NCBI GenBank assembly: GCA_963817385.1
Contig: CAWFOM010000005.1
Span: 516,690-580,689, forward strand
Length of the DNA: 64,000 nucleotides
Reading direction: 5' to 3'
Origin: an uncultured delta proteobacterium
Lineage (GTDB): Bacteria > Desulfobacterota > Syntrophia > Syntrophales > UBA5619
Position numbers and translations under genes: made by a program. The stretch's first letter is position 1; every line of letters begins with the position of its first letter. This document shows, piece by piece, positions 47,641-57,466 of this stretch. The notes under the pieces were generated by a model. That model was not told where the DNA came from, did not search any database, and saw nothing but the letters and a program-made list of their open reading frames with translations.

Positions 47641-48579
47641 ATCGATGCTTTCCAAGCGTAGATTTTTTTACACTCTATGGAAAACAATTCCATACCGGAA
47701 ACGGGCGATTCCTCCAAGACAGAGTTGAAGTAGCGCGCGAGCCATATATACTTCGGCCGTAACGGATCGCCGGATCGCACCGACTTTAACTGCTGACTGA
47801 GTTGACGGTATATCTCCCACATCTGTCCTTCGAGTGCAGTTGACTTGGATTGTTTCATGAATTGCGGATTCAGGAAATGGAGAAATCGCTCGCCGTCAAA
47901 GTCAGTCTTAACGTAGGATGCAAGCGGGTTGACATCATCCATGTCGACCTTCGCAATAGCCTCATACGCCTCAGGCGTTACCAGAATGCGGGGATAAAAT
48001 GGCCAACCTGTCTGCTCGAGTTTGTACGCGGCAATAAGTGCTGCCGACCGAAACATAGATCTTCTGGAGAATCGCTGGTAAACTCCAGAGCAGAGTTTGC
48101 GCCTGACAAATTCCTCTCACGCGACATAGATCCTTTCACCGGCTATGAAGTTCTGCGGCGTCTCTTGAAAGAAAAATCAGGGATGTGACCACTGGAACTG
48201 CGTGTATTGCATGAGCATCGACGCGTAGCGAGAAATTGACTTACAATTGATTGTCAGAGAAGTTCGTGCCGCGCTCGGCGGCGAGCATAGTCCGCGACCT
48301 GTTGAGTTCTGCCGCACGAACGTGGATTCGGAATCGCCCTGTAGGTCGGAGTCGGGCTCAGTCGATCAGTTGATCGGTCCTACCAACTGTCCTGTTCGCC
48401 ATTCGGGCTTCTGCATCGAATCACCCTTCGGAGCAGCTCGCGAATCTGTCTGCTGAAGTGCGTTTGATCAGTTTACTGCGTTCAGGCAACCCAGAAGTCG
48501 CTGAACCCGAGGATGTCGATCGGACATAGCACAGTAACCGCTGCTCATAGATCTGTGCGAGTCTATCGATTTCCGGCAT
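47637..48579 (-). pseudogene. Degraded nucleotidyl-cyclase-like gene
   Basis: Broken frames give IYEQRLLCYV/DILGFSD and NFSDN; intact tail ALIAAYKLE...YPRIL...DFDG..FLHFL...KYIWLARYFN. Confidence 0.6.
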
Positions 48580-48618
48580 CGCGAAGTCTTCCTTGTCCGG
48601 GACGTCGATATATTTTAA

Positions 48619-48873
48619 TTATCCTAACTCTTCATCCCATCCTTCCAGATCGGCGGCCTCAAATTCGCGAGCCAGGGCGATGCTCTCTTTTGCCGTGGCG
48701 CGATACCCTTCTTCAAGCTGTTTTTCCAGTTCGTCTTTTTTGATCTGCCGGATGTGCTCCCTGAGGGATTCCGCGATAAGGCGGCTGCGGGAGCGGGGGC
48801 CGGTAAGCTTGTCCACCGATTCGATCAGCTCTTTCGGTAGGGTGACATTGATTCTGGCTGTTTGTTTCCTCAT
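48619..48873 (-). CDS. Ribbon-helix-helix (CopG/NdoAI-like) antitoxin-type protein
   Basis: RINVTLPKELIESVD...SRSRLIAESLR...LEEGY...EF; upstream TTGACA at 48922-48927. Confidence 0.8.
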   Translation of the reverse strand: MRKQTARINVTLPKELIESVDKLTGPRSRSRLIAESLREHIRQIKKDELEKQLEEGYRATAKESIALAREFEAADLEGWDEELG

Positions 48874-48956
48874 GAGACGCCTTCTTTTATGCGACATAAC
48901 AATGCACATAGAAGTGTACAATGTCAAAGGCTGATTGGACAAGATCGGATGCCGCC

Positions 48957-49677
48957 TCACGATTCCCTCGCATGGACGAGGATGATGGAGAGGTAGCCCG
49001 CCTCCGGCCCTTCCGCCTTCAGGCGGCGGAGGTCCGTCTCGATCCGCTGCTCGGCCATCGTCGCGTGGGAGACAAAGACGCTCGCCTCCAGGAGCCCTTC
49101 GCCGTCGAGGAGGTCGAGGAGCTCCGGGAGGCGCTTTCCGATCTTCATCAGGACGACCGTGCCCCCCGCGGCAAGCGCCCGCCGGACGGCGGTGAAATCG
49201 TCCGCCGCCGGGACGATGGTCACCGGCTCCCGGCCCTCTCCCACGGGAAACTCCGCCAGGGCCGCCGCCGCGCTGAAGGCCATGATCCCCGGGACGGTGA
49301 CGGCCTTCAGATCGGGGAGCCGTCTTGCGCAGCGCCCTGAGCAGGTAGATGTAGGTCGAGTAGAGGAGCGGGTCCCCGAGCGTGAGGAAGCAGGCGTCGT
49401 CGCCGGCGCCGAGCACCTCGGCGACGCGGGCGGCAGCCTCATCCCACTTTGCGGTGAGCTCCTCCCTATCCGCGGTCATCGGAAAGAGGAGCTCCTCGAT
49501 CCGGGTTCCCGGGCCGACGAGGGGGCGGGCGATGGCGAGGGCGACGCTCTCGGAGGCCGTCCGCGCCTTCGGGACGAAGAGGTTCCGGCAGGCGCTGATG
49601 AGCCGCGCCCCTTTGAGGGTGATCAGCTCCGGGTCTCCCGGGCCGATGCCGATGCCGTAGAGCGTGCCTGAGGTCAT
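48957..49677 (-). CDS. cbiL: Precorrin-2 C20-methyltransferase, frameshift near 49330
   Basis: LYGIGIGPGDPELITLK, FPM, FLTLGDPLLYSTY, VPGI, VLMK, YLS. Confidence 0.92.
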
Positions 49678-50322
49678 GAGAGCAGCTCCTCCTTGATGAT
49701 GAGGATGATCGCCCGCGACGAAACCGGAACTTCGGTCAGCTCGCCGGCCTCGACCTCGCGGATCTTCTCGCCGGGAAGGGTGAGCTCCTCGCAGAGGAAG
49801 ACGCGCCGTCCGCCGCCCATCTCCGCGATCAGGCGGGCGGTCCAGCGGAGCGATCCCTCCCGTCCCCCGAGGATGGCCAGCTTGTCCGCATCCCGCAGAT
49901 CGGCGGCCGACTCCTCCGGGTCGCGGCTGTGGGCCGAGACGATCCGGGCATCCTCCCAGTCGAGGCCGAGCCGGGCGAAGGCGACCTGGACGGAGCTGAT
50001 CCCGGGGATCACCTCGCAGTTCTCCCGGCCGAAGCGCCGGATCACCGGCTGGGCGAGGCTCGCGATCCCCGGATCGCCCGTGGCGAGGAGGACCACCTGC
50101 CGCCCGTCGTCGCGGCGGGAGGCCATGGTGTCGATGGTTCCCTCGATATCCGATGCCCGAATCGATCCGCTCCGCGGCGATCTCCGGAAAGAGGTCCTGC
50201 AGGCGCCGGGAGACGATGAGGACGTCGGCCCTCTGCGCGGCCGCCCGCGCCGCCGGCGTGATGTAGGATTCGGCGCCGGGGCCGCAGCCGACGATGATGA
50301 TCTTCTTCTTTTCTATTGCCAT
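49674..50322 (-). CDS. cbiE: Precorrin-6Y/cobalt-precorrin-7 C5-methyltransferase, frameshift near 50150
   Basis: IIVGCGPG, LATGDPG, IPGISSVQVAFARLG..W, SAHSR, CEELT. Confidence 0.88.
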
Positions 50323-51370
50323 GGTTTCCAATCTCCCGATTGACCGATGATGCGGCCGCCGAGGTCGATCAGGATCACGGCCGGTCTGAGACGCCCCTCC
50401 ATCCTCTCATGGACCGCCGTCCGGATCGCTGCGGCCAGGGCGTCACCCAGCGTCGTTTTGTCCGCCGCGTCCAGGGCCGCGAAGATCCCCTCGACGGTCG
50501 TGGCCGGGGCCGCGGGCCGGCCCAGAATCTCTTCATGCATCCGGGCAACGACGGGGAGCGCGCTTTTCGACCTTCCGGAGTGGGTGTCCCAGTCGCCCGC
50601 GGCCAGCTTGGCGAGCTTCCCCGGATGGCCCAGGATCAGGAGGTCCGTAAAGGGGCGCCGAAGCGCCTCGTCCAGGACGAATCCCCACTCGTTTCCCACC
50701 TCCACGACCTGCTCGTCCGCGACGCGGAGGTGCGCCCGCGCCGCCCGCTCGCCGATGTGGCCCGGGACGAAGACCGGCGCCCGGACGCCCGCGGCTTCGG
50801 CGACGCCGAGCGCGCACCTAAGCGATTCGCGGAGCGCCGAGCAACTGAAGGGGCGGACGATCCCCGTCGTCCCCAGGATCGAGAGCCCCCCGACGATGCC
50901 GATCCGCGGGTTGAAGGTCTTTCGGGCGATCTCCCCGCCGCCGGGGATGGAGATCGTTACCCGGACGCCCCGGGGCGTGACCTCCCGGACGGCCTGCGGC
51001 GATCATCCGCCGCGGCACGGGATTGATCGCCGCCTCGCCGGGGGGAAGGGCGAGGCCCGGCTTCGTCACCGTTCCCACCCCCTCGCCGGCGGCGAATTCC
51101 ACGCCGGCGCCGTCGCTCCAGGCGAGAGCGGCCGCAATCAGCGCCCCGTTCGTCACATCGGGATCGTCGCCCGCATCCTTCCGGACGGCCGCCTCCGCGC
51201 CGCCGCCGGCCCGCCGGACATACGCAAGCGGGAGGGAGATCCTCCGCCCGTCGGGAAGGGGAATCGTCAACCTCATCCACGGTCCGGCCTTCCGCGAGAA
51301 GGAGCGCCGCCGCCTTCGCCGCCGCCGCGGCGCAGCTCCCGGTGGTGTATCCGGTGCGGAGCGCGCTCAT
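50313..51370 (-). CDS. cbiD: Cobalt-precorrin-5B C1-methyltransferase, about 3 frameshifts
   Basis: LRTGYTTGSCAAAA, KDAGDDPDVT, GVGTVTKPGL, AINPVPR, GHPGKLAKLAAG..DTHS. Confidence 0.92.
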
Positions 51371-52236
51371 GGCTTTCGCTCCTCCAGCCCGGCGATGATC
51401 AGCTCCTTCGGGATCAGCTCCAGGAGCTGCACCCGCGCCTCGCCGATGGTGAGCGGCAGGCCGTCGATCGGGACGCCGTCGTGCCTCTTCATCTCATACA
51501 TCAGACGCGAGACGTAGGGAAGCCGGAGTTTCGCCCGGTCGATCATCTCCTGGTGGCAGAAGATCTCCTCGGACGGCCCCTCCTGGAGGACGCGGCCGCG
51601 GTCGAGGACAGTGATCCGGTTCGCGAAGAGCGGGAGCATGTCCACCGAGTGGGTGGCGAGGATGACCGTCATCCTCTCCTCCCGGTTCAGTTTTTTCAGG
51701 AGCTGCATCATCTGCGCCTCGCCCGCCGGATCGAGCCCCGCCGTCGGTTCGTCGAGGATGAGGACCGAGGGCCGCATGGCCAGCACGCCCGCCAGCGACA
51801 CCCGCTTCTGCTCCCCGAAGCTCAGGTGGTGGATCGCCCGGCCGCGGAGCGGCAGCGCCGCGACGGCGTCGAGCGCCTCCGTGACGCGCTTGTGCACCTC
51901 CGCCTCCGGGAGGTTCAGGTTCCGGGGGCCGAAGGCGACGTCCTCCTCGACCGTGGCGGCGAAGAGCTGGTCGTTCGGGTTCTGGAAGACGAGCCCCACC
52001 CGCTGGCAGAGCTCGTCCGTCGAAAGCTCTCCGATGGCCCGTCCGCAGATCCTGATCTGCCCCGCCTGCGCCTTCAGGAGGCCGACGAGGAGGTTGATCA
52101 GCGTGGTCTTCCCCGAGCCGTTGGAGCCCAGGACCGCGACGAACTCCCCTTCCTCGACATGAAAGTCGATCCCGGAGAGCGCCTCGGTGCCGTCGTCATA
52201 GGTGAAGTGAACCCCGGTGACCTCGATTGCCTTCAT
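51367..52236 (-). CDS. cbiO: Cobalt ECF transporter ATPase
   Basis: GSNGSGKT, FQNPNDQLF, LSFGEQKRV, LDEPTAGLD, ATH. Confidence 0.93.
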   Translation of the reverse strand: MKAIEVTGVHFTYDDGTEALSGIDFHVEEGEFVAVLGSNGSGKTTLINLLVGLLKAQAGQIRICGRAIGELSTDELCQRVGLVFQNPNDQLFAATVEEDVAFGPRNLNLPEAEVHKRVTEALDAVAALPLRGRAIHHLSFGEQKRVSLAGVLAMRPSVLILDEPTAGLDPAGEAQMMQLLKKLNREERMTVILATHSVDMLPLFANRITVLDRGRVLQEGPSEEIFCHQEMIDRAKLRLPYVSRLMYEMKRHDGVPIDGLPLTIGEARVQLLELIPKELIIAGLEERKP

Positions 52237-53009
52237 CCGCTCACCCCCCATTCCAGGAGCCGGGCGGCCGCGATCGCGATCAGACAGAGGGCCAGGATCC
52301 GGCGGTCCCTCCCGCTTACCGCCGGGAGAGGCCCGAAGGGCATCGTGCCCCGGTAACCGCGCAGCCGCATCGCGTCGTGCGTCCGCCGGGCCTGTTCGAG
52401 CGAATGGATGATCGTCGCCCCGGCGAGCGTCGTAAAGGACCTGAGGGCGCGCCCCCGCGCCGTGTATCCCAGGCGCAGTTTCTGGGCCGCGGCCAGATCC
52501 GCCACGCGGTCCATCAGGACGAAGATGTAGCGGTACATGAGGATCGCGATTTCCAGCCAGTTCCGGGAGATCCTGAACCAGCGGAGCGCCTGGAAGATCC
52601 GGTGCGCCGGGGTGACGATGCTCAGAAGAAAGACCACCGAGACGGCGCCGAGGACATGGGCCCCGAGCAGCGTCCCCTGGCGGAATCCCTCCGCCTTCGC
52701 CGTGAACTGCCACCCGGCGAAGCTGAAGGCGAACAGGGGCGTCTTCCCCGTGACGAATGTCTGGATCACGACCAGGACCGCCACGATCGAAAGCGGCGCG
52801 GCCAGGCGGGAGGCGACGAGCTTCGCCGGGATCCGGAGGATCGCGACGGCGCCGAGGCAAAACGCGAAGACCGCGAGCGGCAGGACGATCCGCTCCGCGG
52901 TCACGACGGCGATGAGCGCGGCAAGGGCGATCAGGAGCTTCGCCCGCGGATCGATCCGTGTCAGCGCGTTGTCCCGATAGGTGAAGATATCCGAAAAGAG
53001 GTCAAACAT
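52233..53009 (-). CDS. cbiQ: Cobalt ECF transporter T component
   Basis: IDPRAKL, MYRYIFVL, AQKLRLG, AMRLRGY. Confidence 0.93.
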   Translation of the reverse strand: MFDLFSDIFTYRDNALTRIDPRAKLLIALAALIAVVTAERIVLPLAVFAFCLGAVAILRIPAKLVASRLAAPLSIVAVLVVIQTFVTGKTPLFAFSFAGWQFTAKAEGFRQGTLLGAHVLGAVSVVFLLSIVTPAHRIFQALRWFRISRNWLEIAILMYRYIFVLMDRVADLAAAQKLRLGYTARGRALRSFTTLAGATIIHSLEQARRTHDAMRLRGYRGTMPFGPLPAVSGRDRRILALCLIAIAAARLLEWGVSG

Positions 53010-53289
53010 GCTTTTCGTCTCCCCCGCCGCGCCTTGGCGGAAAAAGGACCCGGAAGTAGTATCCTCCGATGAATCCCCCGACGATCCCGGCGACCAGAAA
53101 GACGAACAGGAGCAGATCCCCCTGGTCGGTGTTGATGAACGGCTCGCGGGCCGTCCGTCCGGCCTTCTCCGCGAATTTCTCGATCACCGTTTCGTCGACG
53201 CCGGACCAGGAGGCGGCTCGACCGGGCAGGCACGCCGGTCCGGCGAGGAGAAATCCGGCGAACGTCAGGATCAATAATGCTTTCTTCAT
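53002..53289 (-). CDS. CbiN-like small cobalt transporter subunit
   Basis: Two TM segments around WSGVDETVIEK..; lies between cbiM and cbiQ. Confidence 0.75.
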   Translation of the reverse strand: MKKALLILTFAGFLLAGPACLPGRAASWSGVDETVIEKFAEKAGRTAREPFINTDQGDLLLFVFLVAGIVGGFIGGYYFRVLFPPRRGGGDEKHV

Positions 53290-54053
53290 GCCGCACCTCC
53301 CGCCGCGGCCATCCGGAGCAGTTCCGGCTTGCGGCTCCGGACGAACTTGAGCGCCCCGGCGCAGAGGAACCCCTCAAGGATGCCCAGGGGGAGCTGCGTG
53401 GGGACGAACGCCAGGAGGATCAGCGAGAGCATCGCCGAAAACGACTCCCCGCCGTGGAGGGCGGCGGCCAGTTCGAAGGAGGTCATCGCGTAGGTGGCCC
53501 AGTCGGAGAGAAGTCCCGCCAGGAAGGCCGCCATCACCCAGGGGAGTCCCAGGCGGCGGATGATCCGGTACGTCCCATAACCGACATAGGCCCCGGCCAC
53601 CCCCATCGAGACGATGTTCGCTCCGAGGGTGGTGAGCCCCCCGTGGGCGAGGAAGAGCGCCTGGAGGGTGAGCGCGATGCTCGCGACGACGACGGTGAGT
53701 CCCGGGCCGATCAGGATCGCGGCGAGCCCCGTCCCGGCGGGATGGGAGCAGGTCCCGGCGCTGGGGACCGGGATGGGCATGCAGGAGATGAGAAAGACCG
53801 CCGCCCCGACGAGGCCGACGAGCGGCTTGAAGTAGGGGAGCTCTTCGCTGCGTCGCCGCAGCTCCCGGAGTCCCAAAGCGACGAAGGGGATGGCAACGGC
53901 GTACCAGAGCACCGCCCAGGAGGCCGGCAGGATCCCTTCCGATATGTGCATGGCAAAGGCCTGGGTGGGCAGTGCGATCAGTATCCCCGCAGTTGCGGCA
54001 ACGGTAGCCACTTGGCGGATCGCGTTTGGTTTCTTTATCCACATTCCGTTCAT
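53286..54053 (-). CDS. cbiM: Cobalt ECF transporter S component
   Basis: Signal peptide then AFA-MHISEGIL; GTCSHPAG; LFLAHGGLTTLGAN; TQLPLGILEG. Confidence 0.95.
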   Translation of the reverse strand: MNGMWIKKPNAIRQVATVAATAGILIALPTQAFAMHISEGILPASWAVLWYAVAIPFVALGLRELRRRSEELPYFKPLVGLVGAAVFLISCMPIPVPSAGTCSHPAGTGLAAILIGPGLTVVVASIALTLQALFLAHGGLTTLGANIVSMGVAGAYVGYGTYRIIRRLGLPWVMAAFLAGLLSDWATYAMTSFELAAALHGGESFSAMLSLILLAFVPTQLPLGILEGFLCAGALKFVRSRKPELLRMAAAGGAA

Positions 54054-54551
54054 CTCTCCTCCTTCACCTGCTCCAACCGTGGATCTCCGCCCGTCTCCCC
54101 GGGACGCCTGTCGATCGGCGCCGGGGAGAGGTCCCGGACGTCGCAGAGTTGCTCGGATTCTCCGATCCGCTGTTCGACGAGGGTGACGAGGGAGTCGTCA
54201 TACCCGAGGTGCCTGCCGAGGACCAAGCGGACCTCCGGGTGTTTTACCGCCGCCTCCCGGAGCATCTCCGGGATGTCCTGGCGCAGATGGACGCCGAAGT
54301 GGAGGAAATAGGGGATGACGATGATCTCCTTCACATCCTGCCGCAATGCATTTTTCCAATGCCTCGGCGAACGGGGTTCCCCGTCCCGACATCCGGCAGA
54401 GCTCGACGATCCCGCCGCGTGCACGCTTGAGAGATTCCGCGATCCGCTCCATGTCGTCGTCGGCTCCCGCGGCGCGGCTCCCGTGGCCGATCAGGATAAC
54501 CGCCCGCTTCTCGCTTCCCTCTGTTTTGTAGTCACCGTGTTTCTGTGTCAT
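54050..54551 (-). CDS. cbiX: Short CbiX/SirB-type cobaltochelatase, frameshift near 54340
   Basis: VILIGHGSR, PYFLHFGVHL..DIP, RHLG. Confidence 0.88.
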
Positions 54552-55237
54552 GGTTTCTCCTGAATCTTCCCCGCGGCTGCGGGGGCCGAGTTCGCCGCCA
54601 GGCCGCAGAGGGCGTGGATGACGCTGACCGCAAGCGGGCTTCCCCCGCGGCGGCCCGCCGTCGCGATGAAGGGTACCGGGAGCGACATCAGCTCCTCCTT
54701 GCTCTCCACGACGTGGACGAAGCCGACCGGCATCGCGACGACGAGGGAGGGCCGGAGCCCCTCCTCGATGATCATCCGGCTGATCTCCATGAGCGCGACC
54801 GGGGCGTTTCCGATGACCGCGATCGCGCCGTCCAGAAGCGGCTTCGCCTTCTGAACGGCGTGGAGGGAGCGGGGAAGGCCGCTCTTCCTGGCCTTGCGCG
54901 CCACATCTTCGTCGGCCACATGACAGATGACGCTCTCCCGCCGGTAGAATCCGCAGACGCCCCGGAGGCGGGCGAGGGATATCCCGGTGCGGATCATGTT
55001 CGCGTCGGTGAAGATCGACCGGCACGCCTGGAGCGCCCTGATGCCGGCCCCGACCGCGTCCGGCGAGAAGCGGACCGCCTCGATGATGCCGAAATCGCCG
55101 ACGGTGTGGATCATCCGCCGGACGACCTGCCACTCATCCGGCGGGAAGGGGTGCGCCGGGGCTTCGCGGTCGATGATCTCCATCGATCGCGCTTCGATCT
55201 CCGGACCGCTCATGGGCGCATCCAGAAAGGCCCGCAT
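54548..55237 (-). CDS. cbiC: Precorrin-8X methylmutase
   Basis: IEARSMEII, RMIHTVGD, IGNAPVAL, PVGFV..VESKE, GRRGGS. Confidence 0.94.
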   Translation of the reverse strand: MRAFLDAPMSGPEIEARSMEIIDREAPAHPFPPDEWQVVRRMIHTVGDFGIIEAVRFSPDAVGAGIRALQACRSIFTDANMIRTGISLARLRGVCGFYRRESVICHVADEDVARKARKSGLPRSLHAVQKAKPLLDGAIAVIGNAPVALMEISRMIIEEGLRPSLVVAMPVGFVHVVESKEELMSLPVPFIATAGRRGGSPLAVSVIHALCGLAANSAPAAAGKIQEKP

Positions 55238-55261
55238 CAGGGGCCGGGGAGGGTGTCTCGT

Positions 55262-56782
55262 TCATGGTGTGCCTCCGCACTGGTGTAAAAAATGTTCGAC
55301 GGCCGCCGGGTGCGATGCATAGGCGAGGTGCGTGTAGCTGGCCAGGATCGCCCCCTTCTGGAATCCTTCCGCCTCGATCGTCCCCGAGCGGCGCCGCCGG
55401 AGCGCATAGACCGTCCGCCAGGCCGCATCTGCGGTCGGGTCGTCGATCAGCTCCGAGTAGTGGAACTCGTGGCCCCGGAAGACCTCTCCGCGCCGGCCCC
55501 AGAGGGAATCCGCGGTGAGCGTGATCTCGACGTAACCGAGCGCCTTCTTTCCGGCAAGCATCCGCGTCCGGGCGGGGAGGATGCCGAGGAAAGGGAAGAA
55601 GCCCTCCTCCGCCTCGATCCCCTGCGAGAGGTACATCAGCCCTCCGCATTCGGCGTAGAGGGGCCGCCCGGCGGCCGCGTACGCACGGATCGCGGCGAGC
55701 ATCCCGTCGTTTGCCGCGAGGGTCTCCGCATGGGCCTCGGGGTAGCCGCCGCCGATATAGAGGCCGGAGATCCCCTCCGGGAGCCGGCGGTCGGCAAGCG
55801 GCGAGAAGAAGAGCGTCTCGCATCCGGCCGCGGCGAGCGCGTCGAAGAGGTCCTGGTAGTAGAAGTGGAAGGCGGCGTCCCGCGCCACGCCGATCTTAAG
55901 CCGGGGGGCGCCGGCCGGACCACGTCTGCCGGCGGCGGGTGCGGGTGCCTGCCTCACGTCCGTGCCCCCTCCATACAGCGTTTGAAAGAATATCTCTTCA
56001 AGGGGTTGGCCCGCCGGAGTTTTCACCGGGATGTCGGGGTTTGCCTCCCTCATCTCCGCGGGGCCCGGGGAGTCGGCGGACGCGCCCATTACCGCCTGCA
56101 GTTCCGGGAAGAGCGCCTCCAGGGAGAGGTTGGATTCCAGGGCGTTGGCAAGGGCGTCGAGGAGCGCCTCGGGCAGCTGCCCCCGGTCGGCGGTGACGAG
56201 GCCGAGGTGGCGGCTGGCGAGCTCGGGGAACGCCCCCCGCGGTATCGCCCCGACGAGCGGCGGCAGGCCGGCCGCCCGAAGCGAGTCGGCAAGGAGCGCC
56301 GCATGGCTCGCCGAGCCGCAGTGGTTCGCGACGACGCCGGCAAACCGGAGATCCGCTGCGAAGCCGGTGAATCCCTTGACGAGCGCGGCGATGCTCCGTC
56401 CCATCCCGTGGACGTTCGCGACGAGGAGGACGGGGGCGTCGAGCCAGCGGGCGATCTCGGCCGTGCTTCCCTCGTCGGTTGCCGCATCCGCCCCGTCGAA
56501 GAGCCCCATCACCCCCTCGACGAGGGCGACGTCGGCGTCCTGCACGGCCCGGTCGAAGAGGCTCCGGACGTGGCTCTGCCCGGCCATCCAGCCGTCCAGG
56601 TTGTAGCATGGCCGCCCGGAGGCGAGGGCGAGGTAGGTCGGGTCGAGGAAGTCCGGCCCCGCCTTGAAGGTCTGGACGCGAAGGCCCCGGCGGGCGAGCG
56701 CCCGGGCCAGGGCGAGCGTGAGCGACGTCTTCCCCGAAGAGCTTTGTGTCCCGGCGATGACCAGTGTCGGGCAGTGCGGCAT
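55262..56782 (-). CDS. cbiA: Cobyrinate a,c-diamide synthase
   Basis: SSGKT, FKAGPDFLD, EGVMGLFDG, SRHLGL, AFHFYY, GGGYPE, AECGG, GHEFHYS. Confidence 0.95.
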   Translation of the reverse strand: MPHCPTLVIAGTQSSSGKTSLTLALARALARRGLRVQTFKAGPDFLDPTYLALASGRPCYNLDGWMAGQSHVRSLFDRAVQDADVALVEGVMGLFDGADAATDEGSTAEIARWLDAPVLLVANVHGMGRSIAALVKGFTGFAADLRFAGVVANHCGSASHAALLADSLRAAGLPPLVGAIPRGAFPELASRHLGLVTADRGQLPEALLDALANALESNLSLEALFPELQAVMGASADSPGPAEMREANPDIPVKTPAGQPLEEIFFQTLYGGGTDVRQAPAPAAGRRGPAGAPRLKIGVARDAAFHFYYQDLFDALAAAGCETLFFSPLADRRLPEGISGLYIGGGYPEAHAETLAANDGMLAAIRAYAAAGRPLYAECGGLMYLSQGIEAEEGFFPFLGILPARTRMLAGKKALGYVEITLTADSLWGRRGEVFRGHEFHYSELIDDPTADAAWRTVYALRRRRSGTIEAEGFQKGAILASYTHLAYASHPAAVEHFLHQCGGTP

Positions 56783-57310
56783 CAGAATTCAACCCCCTTT
56801 GTTGCCGTCCGGCCGATATCGAATCCGTGCTTTACCGAGCGGATGTCGGAGACCGTGTCGGCGGCGGCGATGAGCCCTTCCGTGGCGCCCCGTCCGGTCA
56901 GGACGACGGTGACGCCGGGGGCTTTTTCCCGGAGAAGGCGAAGGACGAACTCCTCCGCGATCAGGTTCCGGGCGACGGCGTAGCAGGCCTCGTCAAGGAT
57001 CACGAGGCCGTAGCGGCCCGAACAGGCGGCCTCCGAGGCGATGCGGAGCCCCTCCTCCGCCGCGCGGCGGTGCTCCGCAAAGCGGGGATCGGTCCTCGGG
57101 CGGGACGAAGCCGCGGCCCGTCACGAAGATCTCGACGCCGGGGAGTTTGCTCAGGGCGGCGAATTCCCCGGTCTTCACGTCGGACTTGACGAACTGGACG
57201 ACCGCGACGGGGATCCCGTGGCCGTGCGCCCTCAGGGCCATCCCCAGGGCCGCCGTCGTCTTTCCCTTGCCGTCGCCGGTAATGATCAGGATTCGTCCTT
57301 CTTCGCTCAC
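56782..57310 (-). CDS. cobO: Cob(I)alamin adenosyltransferase (BtuR/CobO/CobA), frameshift near 57090
   Basis: TGDGKGKTTAALGMALRA.GHG, VQFVK, ILDE, LTGR, KH, GVEF. Confidence 0.92.
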
Positions 57311-57466
57311 GGGCAGTTGCCTCCTCTCCTTGCGTTCATCCCGGTTCCCTCGTTGCGGGGCGGGGCTTCATCAGAAACTTCTCCTCTCCGGCCGCGTTGC
57401 ATGGAGATGCATGACACCGGGTTCCGTTGCCTGCCATGACGGAAGGACGAAAATGAAAAAATCATG

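Noticed and set aside
48619..50331. 570-aa apparent CbiE-CbiL-antitoxin fusion
   Set aside because: Produced by frameshifts linking parts of three separate genes through off-frame sequence
57311..57466. Cobalamin riboswitch in an internal cob gap
   Set aside because: No B12-box or GGGAA/GCCACTG core seen; the operon leader lies beyond the window
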